From Ranitomeya imitator (Eukaryota), in NCBI RefSeq assembly GCF_032444005.1, contig NC_091285.1, positions 11,594,001 through 11,658,000 of the forward strand: a DNA stretch of 64,000 nt, given 5' to 3'. Positions within the stretch are counted from its first letter, which is position 1. Each line of letters starts with the position of its first letter. The notes under the pieces were generated by a model. The model did no database searches and was not told where the DNA came from. It saw only the letters and a list, made by a program, of their open reading frames with translations. Shown here one piece after another: positions 10,601 through 21,765 of the stretch. Both the position numbers and the translations under genes were made by a program.

Positions 10601-13600
10601 GGCCCTGTCGGGTCTCCTCACTCACTCCGTATGGCCCTGTCGGGTCTCCTCACTCATTCTGTATGGCCCTGTCGGGTCTCCTCACTCATTCTGTATGGCC
10701 CTGTCGGGTCTCCTCACTCACTCCGTATGGCCCTGTCGGGTCTCCTCACTCACTCCGTATGGCCCTGTCGGGTCTCCTCACTCACTCCGTATGGCCCTGT
10801 CGGGTCTCCTCACTCATTCTGTATGGCCCTGTCGGGTCTCCTCACTCACTCCGTATGGCCCTGTCGGGTCTCCTCACTCACTCCGTATGGCCCTGTCGGG
10901 TCTCCTCACTCACTCCGTATGGCCCTGTCGGGTCTCCTCACTCACTCCGTATGGCCCTGTCGGGTCACCTCACTTTTTGTATGGCCTTGTCGGATCTCCT
11001 TACTCTGTATGGCCCTTTCGGGTCTCCTCACCTGGTTCTCTTATGCGAATACTATGGCTATTTACTATATGGACATATTATTTAGACCCTATATGATGAT
11101 ACTATTAGACAATAGCAATAATGACAGGGTAATGTCTCATCCGATGTTTCGCTACGTAATCACAGGACCTACAGGAATCAATTGACTTGCACTAATTACA
11201 CAGGTCTGCAAGAGTAAAATTGTTAAAGTAAGATGTGTTGTTTTTTTTATAGACTTTTGATCACTTAACTCAGTAAAAATATCGATTAAAATTCCATCAC
11301 ATACCGTTTTTTTTTTTTTTTTCACAAACCCTGACTCCATTGGTTTTTTTCTTACACTGAACTTTGACCCCTTCTTGTGACTTTTGGTGTCATTAAGATT
11401 GGTTAGAAATTAATGGATACTGTGCTGTGATTGGCTGCTGTGGGCAGAGATCTTTTTAACAGTGTGGTGGTGTCCATAGCATCCAATCGGAGAATATCTT
11501 AAGTTTACCTCAGCAGTGTAAGAAATGAAAGCTGTGATTGGTTGTTATGGGCAGAAAAGACTGTTTTGTTTTATTAGTCCACAGTTCATAAGTGTGATGT
11601 CCAGAGCAACCAATCAGAGCACAGCTTTCACTTTACCTCAGCAGTCTAAGAACTGAAAGCTGCACCGTGATTGGTTGCTATGGGGAGCAAAGGCAGATTT
11701 AATTTTATTCATAAGAGTGTGGCGGCGCTGCTTACCACGATTCCGTTCAGTATTTAGTGGTTGTGGTGGATTAATCAAAATGGCTACAAGGGGCTGTCGT
11801 TAATCATCCCAACAACTTTTCCTACATTTGCAGTTGTTTTGTAGTGAAGAAACATGATGGGTTTCGTTAGAAACGTACATTATGGGGTACTGTGGTGCAA
11901 AACTAGGTGATCAGGACAAGTCGTCGGCACTACATGTGTTTCTGAATGTGTAGACGAACTACAACAGTGGTCTAAAGCAGGGGTCCCCAACTCCAGTCCT
12001 CAAGGCCCACCAACATGTCATGTTTTCAGGATTTCCTTAGTCTTGCCCAGGTAATAATTGCATCACCTGTGCAATGCAAAGGAAATCCTGAAAACATGAC
12101 CTGTTGGTGGGCCTTGAGGACTGGAGTTGGGGACCCCTGGTCTAAAGAGAAGGAAGCTTTTGTTTTGGCGTGCCGATGATCCGGAGGGAAGCGGGCACTC
12201 ATAGTGATTGCTGCTACTTTTAGAAGTGGAAGGATTCACACTGAAAAATAAGAAGGAAATTATATACCCGGACCTCTCATCAGCGAGTCGCCCGGTGCCT
12301 CACGGTCCAGGAATACCTGTCACTTCACCTTCGGAGAAACTTGAAGGTTCACGCGATTCAGAACATGAAGAGCAGGATTCTGACCAAGACTTTCATGCTA
12401 GTCCAACGAGCCTCAGATTTTTTATTTTTTTTTACAGCTGTAATTGAATTAGTCTGGGACTTGGACTTTCCTTAATATTCTGTTGAACTTTTAGGCTCTA
12501 GACCAGAGGTCCCCAATGTATCTGACCTTGAGAGCCACATTCATCTCTGAGAGAGGGTCGCGAGCCACATCCAGCCTTGAGAGAGGGTCGCAAGCCACAT
12601 TCAGTTCCCAACCCCCTCACAATAGTGGTAACCAAAGCCCCCATTATAGACATAATGGTAACCAAATCTTTTCCACAAAAATCACTCCAAAGCAGTATAC
12701 TTAGACCCAGGGGTTCCCATAATACCCCCCATTCAATATTCTCCTATAAAGCACTCCCAAGACACTGCCACATCCAGATTCAAACACCTCCTCTGACAGG
12801 TGGTATCATCTTGTCTCCAGCGTACTATACTTAAATTATCTCAAAACACCTAAGGGTACCGTCACACTATACGATTTACCTACGATCACGACCAGCGATA
12901 TGACCTGGCCGTGATCGTAGGTAAATCGTAGTGTTGTCGCTGGGGAGCTGTCACACAGACAGCTCTCCAGCGACCAACGATGCCAAGGTCCCTGGGTAAC
13001 CAGGGTAAACATCGGGTAACTAAGCGCAGGGCCGCGCTTAGTTACCCGATGTTTACCCTGGTTACAAGCGTTAAACTAAAAAAAAAAAAAAACAGCACAT
13101 ACTTACATTCTGGTGTCCGTCAGGTCCCTTGCAGTCTGCTTCCCGCACTCAGTGACTGCCGGCCGTAAAGTGAAAGTGAAAGCACAGCCGCTGTGCTCTG
13201 CTTTCACTTTACGGCCGGCAGTCACAGTGCGGGAAGCAGACGGAAAGGGACCTGACGGACACCGGAATGTAAGTATGTGCTGTTTGGTTTTTTTTAGTTT
13301 AACGCTTGTAACCAGGGTAAACATCGGGTAACTAAGCGCGGCCCTGCGCTTAGTTACCCGATGTTTACCCTGGTTACAAGCGAACGCATCGCTGGATCGC
13401 ATCGCTAGATCGCTAGATCGGTGTCACACACACCGATCTAGCGATGACAGCGGGAGATCCAGCGATGAAAGAAAGTTCTAAACGATCTGCTACGACGTAC
13501 GATTCTCAGCAGGATCCCTGATCGCTGCTGCGTGTCAGACACAGCGATATCGTAACGATATCGCTGGAACGTCACGAATCGTACCGTCGTAGCGATTGAA

Positions 13601-16600
13601 ATGTTATAGTGTGACGGTACCCTAAGACCAGTAGATGTGCATCCAGATCTGCTCTTCTGTGGAGGGCTGCTCACAAAATTCACAGTTTTCAGATATGCTC
13701 TTCATACCTGTTTGCTAGACCTGGAGCTAATGCACCCACATGGCAGACAGCCTCGAGCCACAATTCATGGGCCTGCGAGCCACATGTGGCTCCCGAGGTA
13801 CAGGTTTCCCCTGCTCTAGATTAAAGAAAAAGAACCTATTTTTCATGGTCCAGAAGAAGAGAATAGGAATTCCTTCCATACTTTTCTCAAGATGGTGCTT
13901 TAGTGTATAGCAGTGATGTTCCTGGGCTGATGGAAAATTTTTACATTGAGTACAATGTGGCCAAGTACTTAATCCGAAAAAATGTCTGAAAGCTGCTACT
14001 GCACAATAGCAGTAAGTGTGCGTCAGTGCCTGCATCGCATTCTGTGCACTCGGTGGAAGGCTATGAGACCGTAGACTTTATTCTCGAGAAACTTAACTAC
14101 AAGAATCAAGGATGGTCAATATAAAAATTCTCTCTTTGCTCTGTCGGCAGCAAGAAGAATACACAAAGTACCCAAGCATATGGTGTGAATGGAACAGCCG
14201 GGATAGGACTCCTCACTGGAGCCAAAAAAAGTTGGCCAACGAGAACATCTTTGCAACCTGGACTCGAGAACATAGCTGCAGAACGTTTAGTTGATCCTAC
14301 TAAAGTTTTTCTGCCACCACTTCACATTAAGCTTGGAATGAACAAGCATTTTGTAAAAGTTCTAACGAATGAAGGAGAGACTTTTAGGTACCTGTGTACC
14401 AAATTTAAGGAACTGTCCGAAGCAAAATTGAAGGAAGGCATTTTTGTAGGTCAGGATATACACGCAAACTCATGTGTTCGAAACAAAAAAATGAAAGCTG
14501 TTGAGAAAAAGGCAAAAGGTTTGGGATTTTTTTTAAGAAGTTGTGAAGAAATTTCTAGGTAAGAACAAAGATCCAAAATTTAGGCCATCATGGAGAACAT
14601 GCTGAAACATTTCAAAGCCTTGGGTTGTCTGATGAATTTGAAGTTAAATTTTTTACATTCCTATGTGGATGACTGTCCTGAAAACCTTGGTGCTGTTAGT
14701 GAAGAGCAAGGAGAAAGATTTCATCAAGATGTTAAGAGGATGGAACGACAATACCAAGGTGACACCGCTGCTGCCTCACCAACACCGGAGCTACTGCCTC
14801 ACCAACACCGGAGCTACCGCCTCACCAACACCGGAGCTCCTGCAACCCTCAACCTACTGTCTCCTTCCCCATAATCCTGTAGAATGTAAGCCCGCAAGGG
14901 CAGGGTCCTCGCCCCTCTGTATCAGTCTGTCATTGTTAGTTTGTTTACTGTATGTGATATTTGTAACTTGTATGTAACCCCTTCTCATGTACAGCACCAT
15001 GGAATCAATGGTGCTATATAAATAAATAATAATAATAATAATAATAAGGTAGATGGATTGTGAACATGATGGGGGACTACTGTTGGATACTAAATAGAGA
15101 AGATGCGCAGGCCTTCTGTAAGAGAAAAGGGATCAAGAGAAAAGGAAAAGGCGCAGGAAATAATTTACAACAAAGTTGTAGAATGAATGTTCAATACATT
15201 TTTATGTATAAAATATTGTGTACATTTTTGGCTACAATAAATATTTTTCTTGTTCATCTCAATTGTACATACGGTAATTTCACACTCGTTTTGTGCAAAA
15301 AACTACGTAATGGTTAAAAGCAGAAGTTTTTTTTTATATCAAGCCATAAAAAAAAACATACGAATCAGCCATTTGATTTCAAACAACTTTCATAAACCCA
15401 AATTTTGCATACCTGTGTTATTGGCAATTAATTCACTGCCACCTTGGGTTTTGAGGGGTTGTTGGTTGTAACTAGAGATGGGCGAACTTGAACAGAAAAG
15501 TTTGGGGCCTGTACCGAGCACCTACTGTTCGGGCATGGACTCCAAACACGGACTTCACCGTGAAGTCCGTGTTGCTGTTCGGGTTTGACAGCGCCGAACA
15601 CAGGGTGTGTCTCACGCTGACTTGTGCATGACAGAGCGACAAACACTGCCTCTGATCAGCGGTAAAATCATTACCACCCGACAGACAGCCATGGTTGACA
15701 CGCTAACAAATGACAGCGTGAGCCTGCAGCTGTGATCAGAGGTAAAAAGTTTACCTCTGGCCACTGGCGTCGGCTGTCTTTTATTTTCAATTAAAACCCC
15801 CCACATTTTTCCTTTTTTATTTAAAAATAACAAACACAGTTATACTCACCTAACGCACATTTCACTGAAGCCAACGTCACCTGTAAAAAAAACAAACAAA
15901 ACAAAAATAAAACCCAACCACCTCCCTCTCCTGTCCGTCGTTTTGTCCCACGCCGCAATCCATGTCTGAGGATAAACAGTTTACAACCTGGACAGTGCCA
16001 AAATGAAACCATCCAGGCTAAGAACCACTGATGAATAAGCTGCTGCGAGATAAGTCTCAGTGACCAGCGGTGACGTCATCAAGGTTACCAATGGTGACTT
16101 AGGCTGCGTTCCCAGCCAGACCCCTGAACTGCGATGACCTCGGTGAGATCACTGCGAGCACAGTGAGAAAAAGTCTTACGGTACAGCGCTATGGTCAGAG
16201 AGTTCTCCGGGAGAAATGAGACTTTTTCTCACTGTGCTTCTGGTGATCTCATTTGTTTTATTACAGGAGACGAGGGCTTCAATTAAATGGTCATTAGGTG
16301 AGTATAACTGTGTTTGTTATTTTTAAATAAAAAAAGAAAAGTGTGGTTTTTTTATTTCAAATAAAAGACTTTCTGTGTTTTTAATTGTCATACAACTATA
16401 AGATTAGTAATGGATAGGTGTCTCATAGACGCCTCTCCATTACTAAGCCATTGGCTTGATGTCACCAAACAATACAAGGGTGACGTCAACCCCACAAATA
16501 TGAAACTCACCGCAAAGAGCCAGAATTGGAGCATCTAATAGATGTGCCTCTTCTGGGCGGCTGCTGGCTCCTATTTTTAGACTGGGGAGGACAATATCCA

Positions 16601-19600
16601 TGGCCCCATACCAACCTGAGAATATCAGCCCCCAGCTGTCTGCTTTAAGGAACCCATGACATTTTTTTAAATTATGGATGGTAGCAGTATGATATTACCG
16701 CTGATCAGAGACAGTGTTTGCCGCGATGTCATGCACGTGGTAAACATTGGAAGTTCGGGCCACCAAACTTTATTTTAACTGTTCTGCTGAAGCCGCTGGA
16801 CCAGAACATCCAGGGGTCCGCCCATCTCTAGTCGCAACCACACACATTTTCTGGAAAGTTTAAGAAATAAAATACAAGAACTTAGAATTTTATATAAATG
16901 ATGCAAGAAGACAAAAGAACGAATAGGGCAGCACGGTGGCGCAGTGGTTAGCACAGCAGCGCTGGAGTCCTGGGTTCTAATCCCACCCAGGACAACATCT
17001 GCAAAGAGTTTGTATGTTCTCCCTGTGTTTGCGTGGGTTTCCTCCGGGTTCTCCGGTTTCCTCCCACATTCCAAAGACATACTGATAGGGAAATTAGATT
17101 GTGAGACCCAACGGGGACAGTGATAATAATGTGTGCGGGAAATGTTAGCGCTATATAAAAATAAAGATTATTATTATTATTATTACAGCCACAATGTCTC
17201 TCCTCACAAAGAAAGGCCGATACCTCAGTTTCTGAAGGAATCACTTTAGGGTGAGACATTTCAGGTTCTAGAGGAACAAAGACCAAAGCAACCCGAGGAC
17301 CATTCATATCATCATCTTCATGATCAGCTTCTTCTTCCACATGCTCTGGTCCCAAAATAAAATACATGTGGAAATGTTCATTACTAATTTCAATATAATT
17401 GTCAGCTATGTACAAGAATATAACTACTATAATACTGCCCCTATGTACAAGAATATAACTACTATAATACTGCCCCTATGTACAAGAATATAACTACTAT
17501 AATACTGTTCCTATATAATAGAATGTAACTACTATAATACTGCTCCTATATACAAGAATGTAACTACTATAATACTGCCCCTATGTACAAGAATATAACT
17601 ACTATAATACTGCCCCTATGTACAAGAATATAACTACTATAATACTGCTCCTATGTACAAGAATATAACTACTATAATACTGCCCCATATGTACAAGAAT
17701 ATAACTACTATAATACTGCCCCCTATGTACAAGAATATAACTACTATAATACTGCCCCTATGTACAAGAATATAACTACTATAATACTGTTCCTATATAC
17801 AAGAATATAACTACTATAATACTGCTCCTATATACAAGAATGTAACTACTATAATACTGCTCCTATATACAAGAATGTAACTACTATAATACTGCCCCTA
17901 TGTACAAGAATATAACTACCATAATACTGCCCCTATGTACAAGAATATAACTACTATAATACTGCCCCTATGTACAAGAATACAACTACTATAATACTGC
18001 CCCTATGTACAAGAATATAACTACTATAATACTGTTCCTATATACAAGAATGTAACTACTATAATACTGCCCCTATGTACAAGAATGTAACTACTATAAT
18101 ACTGCCCCTATGTACAAGAATATAACTACTATAATACTGCCCCTATGTACAAGAATATAACTACTATAATACTGCCCCTATGTACAAGAATACAACTACT
18201 ATAATACTGCTCCTATGTACAAGAATATAACTACTATAATACTGCTCCTATGTACAAGAATATAACTACTATAATACTGCCCCTATGTACAAGAATATAT
18301 CTACTATAATACTGCCCCTATGTACAAGAATATAACTACTATAATACTGTTCCTATATAATAGAATGTAACTACTATAATACTGCTCCTATATACAAGAA
18401 TGTAACTACTATAATACTGCTCCTATGTACAAGAATATAACTACTATAATACTGCTCCTATGTACAAGAATATAACTACTATAATACTGCCCCTATGTAC
18501 AAGAATATAACTACTATAATACTGTTCCTATATAATAGAATGTAACTACTATAATACTGCTCCTATATACAAGAATGTAACTACTATAATACTGCCCCTA
18601 TGTACAAGAATATAACTACTATAATACTGCCCCTATGTACAAGAATATAACTACTATAATACTGCTCCTATGTACAAGAATATAACTACTATAATACTGC
18701 CCCATATGTACAAGAATATAACTACTATAATACTGCCCCCTATGTACAAGAATATAACTACTATAATACTGCCCCTATGTACAAGAATATAACTACTATA
18801 ATACTGTTCCTATATACAAGAATATAACTACTATAATACTGCTCCTATATACAAGAATGTAACTACTATAATACTGCTCCTATATACAAGAATGTAACTA
18901 CTATAATACTGCCCCTATGTACAAGAATATAACTACCATAATACTGCCCCTATGTACAAGAATATAACTACTATAATACTGCCCCTATGTACAAGAATAC
19001 AACTACTATAATACTGCCCCTATGTACAAGAATATAACTACTATAATACTGTTCCTATATACAAGAATGTAACTACTATAATACTGCTCCTATATACAAG
19101 AATGTAACTACTATAATACTGCCCCTATGTACAAGAATATAACTACTATAATACTGCCCCTATGTACAAGAATATAACTACTATAATACTGCCCCTATGT
19201 ACAAGAATACAACTACTATAATACTGCCACAATGTACAAGAATATAACTACTATAATACTGCCCTTATGTACAAGAATATAACTACTATAATACTGCCCC
19301 TATGTACAAGAATACAACTACTATAATACTGCCCCTATGTACAAGAATACAACTACTATAATACTGCCCCTATGTACAAGAATGTAACTACTATAATACT
19401 GCCCCTATGTACAAGAATATAACTACTATAATACTGCCCCTATGTACAAGAATATAACTACTATAATACTGCCCCTATGTACAAGAATACAACTACTATA
19501 ATACTGCTCCTATGTACAAGAATATAACTACTATAATACTGCTCCTATATACAAGAATGTAACTACTATAATACTGCCCCTATGTACAAGAATACAACTA

Positions 19601-21508
19601 CTATAATACTGCTCCTATGTACAAGAATATAACTACTATAATACTGCTCCTATATACAAGAATATAACTACTATAATACTGCTCCTATGTACAAGAATAT
19701 AACTACTATAATACTGCCCCTATGTACAAGAATATAACTACTATAATACTGCCCCTATGTACAAGAATACAACTACTATAATACTGCTCCTATGTACAAG
19801 AATATAACTACTATAATACTGCTCCTATATACAAGAATGTAACTACTATAATACTGCCCCTATGTACAAGAATATAACTACTATAATACTGCTCCTATGT
19901 ACAAGAATATAACTACTATAATACTGCCCATATGTACAGGAATATAACTACTATAATACTGCTCCTATGTACAAGAATATAACTACTATAATACTGCTCC
20001 TATGTACAAGAATATAACTACTATAATACTGCCCATATGTACAGGAATATAACTACTATAATACTGCTCCTATGTACAGGAATATAACTACTATAATACT
20101 GCTCCTATGAACAAGAATATAACTACTATAATATTGCTCCTATGTACAAGAATATAACTACTATAATACTGCTCCTATGTACAAGAATATAACTACTATA
20201 ATACTGCTCCTATGTACAAGAATATAACTACTATAATACTGCCCATATGTACAGGAATATAACTACTATAATACTGCCCATATGTACAGGAATATAACTA
20301 CTATAATACTGCTCCTATGTACAAGAATATAACTACTATAATACTGCTCCTATGTACAAGAATATAACTACTATAATACTGCCCCTATGTACAGGAATAT
20401 AACTACTATAATACTGCCCCTATGTACAAGAATATAACTACTATAATACTGCTCCTATGTACAAGAATATAACTACTATAATACTGCCCCTATGTACAAG
20501 AATATAACTACTATAATACTGCCCCTATGTACAAGAATATAACTACTATAATACTGCCCATATGTACAGGAATATAACTACTATAATACTGCCCCTATGT
20601 ACAAGAATATAACTACTATAATACTGCTCCTATGTACAAGAATATAACTACTATAATACTGCCCCCTATGTACAAGAATATAACTACTATAATACTGCCC
20701 CTATGTACAAGAATATAACTACTATAATACTGCTCTTATGTACAGAATATAACTACTATAATACTGCCCATATGTACAAGAATATAACTACTATAATACT
20801 GCCCCCTATGTACAAGAATATAACTACTATAATACTGCTCTTATGTACAGAATATAACTACTATAATACTGCCCATATGTACAAGAATATAACTACTATA
20901 ATACTGCCCCCTATGTACAAGAATATAACTACTATAATACTGCTCTTATGTACAGAATATAACTACTATAATACTGCCCATATGTACAAGATATGTGAAT
21001 GATCATGTGTTTTTACCTGTATTCACATTTATGTTGCGCTTTATGTCATTGAATAGCCCGGGGATCTCCACTCGGCAGCAGTACGCCCCTGCATCCTCCT
21101 CCGTCGCCCCGATGATAGAGAGGGTCACGTCCCCCTGTTCTATATTCCCCAATATCTGGTATTTGGCGGATTTTCTCCAGGTCACTTTGTCACCATCGGT
21201 GTTGATGATCACATTATTACACCCAAACATTGGGCAGAGTCCTCGCCCCCAGCAGACGCTGTTCGTCCCCCTGTGTACCGTATACGTGCAGGGGAGCCTC
21301 ATAATACCGCCATATGTCTGTACCTTGTCTGATCCTACGAAATCTGTGGAAAAACTCCGCTATTGAATGGTTTCTGGATAAATTGGATTGGAAACATTTT
21401 TGAACTCCGTATTAGGGGAAGCATAAGGGATACAAGGCTGCATGATGCAGTCCTACCTGGGTGAAGCAGGAGGATCAGTCCAACAGTGAGGAGGTCCTGG
21501 TGCACCAT
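7476..21508 (-). CDS. TIM/HAVCR-family type I membrane receptor (IgV + acidic/Thr-Pro stalk + TM + Tyr-containing tail), 6-exon model
   Basis: Exons 21508-21457 (leader), 21343-21017 (IgV), 17345-17224, 10287-10213, 8014-7930 (TM), 7609-7476 (tail + TGA). All have AG/GT boundaries and phases 1,1,0,0,1 chain without stops. Specific TIM orthology is not assignable by eye. Confidence 0.75.
7899..7904 (+). terminator. Likely distal CAPRIN2 polyadenylation signal (AATAAA); alternatives at 7124-7129 and 7502-7507
   Basis: AATAAA hexamers downstream of the stop codon. Which one is used cannot be determined from DNA. Confidence 0.55.
7930..8014 (-). CDS. TIM-like gene transmembrane exon
   Basis: Acceptor ttttattgcag, donor GTAAGT; reads IVTERSFITFIRVTIICSLAFVPLLIYR, a hydrophobic stretch ending in YR. 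Confidence 0.7.
8046..9995. repeat. 57-bp minisatellite, ~34 copies
   Basis: Unit GGGGGAGCTCCCTGTATACAGAGATACATGATAAGATCCTGTCTGCAGCCACCACTA. An inverted CTAGTGGTGGCTGC follows at ~10040. Confidence 0.97.
10213..10287 (-). CDS. TIM-like gene mucin-like exon
   Basis: Strong acceptor ttctctgttctccttccatag and donor GTAAGT; reads EPTPPTEEKTTTPCETAVMTSKVFP; phase 0-0. Confidence 0.65.
10370..11030. repeat. 32-bp minisatellite
   Basis: Unit GTATGGCCCTGTCGGGTCTCCTCACTCACTCC, degenerate at both edges. Confidence 0.95.
11978..12139. mobile_element. 162-bp palindromic hAT MITE inside the Chapaev transposase
   Basis: CAGGGGTCCCCAACTCCAGTCCTCAAGGCCCACCAACA arms are inverted; perfect 8-bp TSD GTCTAAAG (11970-11977, 12140-12147). 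Confidence 0.92.
12504..13813. mobile_element. Non-autonomous hAT (Charlie-like) element
   Basis: Ends CAGAGGTCCCCAA...GTTTCCCCTG; 8-bp TSD CTCTAGAC/CTCTAGAT, the NTCTAGAN target typical of Charlie elements. Confidence 0.8.
12854..13622. mobile_element. PIF/Harbinger-type MITE nested in the Charlie-like element
   Basis: Perfect 18-bp TIR GGGTACCGTCACACTATA, TAA TSD on both sides, multiple internal hairpins. Confidence 0.9.
14761..15045 (+). mobile_element. L2-type LINE/SINE 3' fragment inserted in the Chapaev transposase
   Basis: TAGAATGTAAGCCCGCAAGGGCAGGG...TGTACAGCACCATGG...GGTGCTATATAAATAAAT(AAT)n tail. AAGGT is duplicated at 14756-14760 and 15046-15050, splitting YQG|RW. Confidence 0.8.
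15473..16830. mobile_element. Non-autonomous hAT element (TAGAGATG TIR)
   Basis: TAGAGATGGGCGAAC ... GTCCGCCCATCTCTA; flanks GTTGTAAC/GTCGCAAC are consistent with a decayed 8-bp TSD. Confidence 0.75.
16926..17185 (+). mobile_element. tRNA-derived V-SINE
   Basis: A-box TGGCGCAGTGG, B-box GGTTCTAATCC, V-domain-like core GTTTGTATGTTCTCCCTGTGTTTGCGTGGGTTTCCTCCGGG, L2-like tail ending (TTA)n. Confidence 0.88.
17224..17345 (-). CDS. TIM-like gene acidic stalk exon
   Basis: Acceptor ttttattttgggaccag, reads EHVEEEADHEDDDMNGPRVALVFVPLEPEMSHPKVIPSETE, donor GAG|GTATCG; phase 1 to 0. Confidence 0.6.
17408..20990 (+). repeat. 35-bp AT-rich minisatellite, ~100 copies (fills the intron after the IgV exon)
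   Basis: Unit TATGTACAAGAATATAACTACTATAATACTGCCCC. Confidence 0.98.
21017..21343 (-). CDS. TIM-family IgV domain exon
   Basis: 327-nt phase 1-1 exon: LPCTY...VCWGRGLCPMFGC...TDGDKVT...GDVTLSI...DAGAYCCRVEIPGLFND. Shows the six-Cys TIM pattern and an FG-loop (W/L)FND motif. Confidence 0.95.
21457..21508 (-). CDS. TIM-like gene exon 1, signal peptide
   Basis: ATG...MVHQDLLTVGLILLLHP followed by phase-1 donor CAG|GTAGGA, 113 nt from the IgV acceptor. Confidence 0.8.
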
Positions 21509-21765
21509 AGTCTGCGACAATATGATCAGTGCTGGGGGCCATTGTCGTATGATGCATGTTACATGACGGAAATGTGGCTGCAGTGGTTACCGGTCAGACA
21601 GCCACGATCAGAGCACAGGATGTGTCTGACTAACGCGTGGGGGGCGCACTATATGGGGCATCTATGTGACGGTTCATTTACAGGGTCCAAACCAGAGACC
21701 CCCAAACTCTGTCCAGGTCCGGCTGTGAATTCTGAGGAATGTCAGTCAAAAAGAAATTTATATAT

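Larger units (their letters stand above)
11199..15417 (+). mobile_element. Chapaev3-type (CMC) DNA transposon, decayed transposase, with nested insertions
   Basis: TIRs CACAGGTCTGCAA (11199) and TTGCATACCTGTG (to 15417), with TTA on both sides. Transposase remnants: KLGDQDKS-like segment (~11900), LPPLHIKLG..FVK, LSEAKLKEGIFVG, LGAVSEEQGERFHQD, then RW..MMGDYCW after the L2 insert. Confidence 0.85.

Noticed and set aside
16926-17000. tRNA gene
   Set aside because: A and B boxes are present but continue into a SINE core and L2-like tail; no full cloverleaf.
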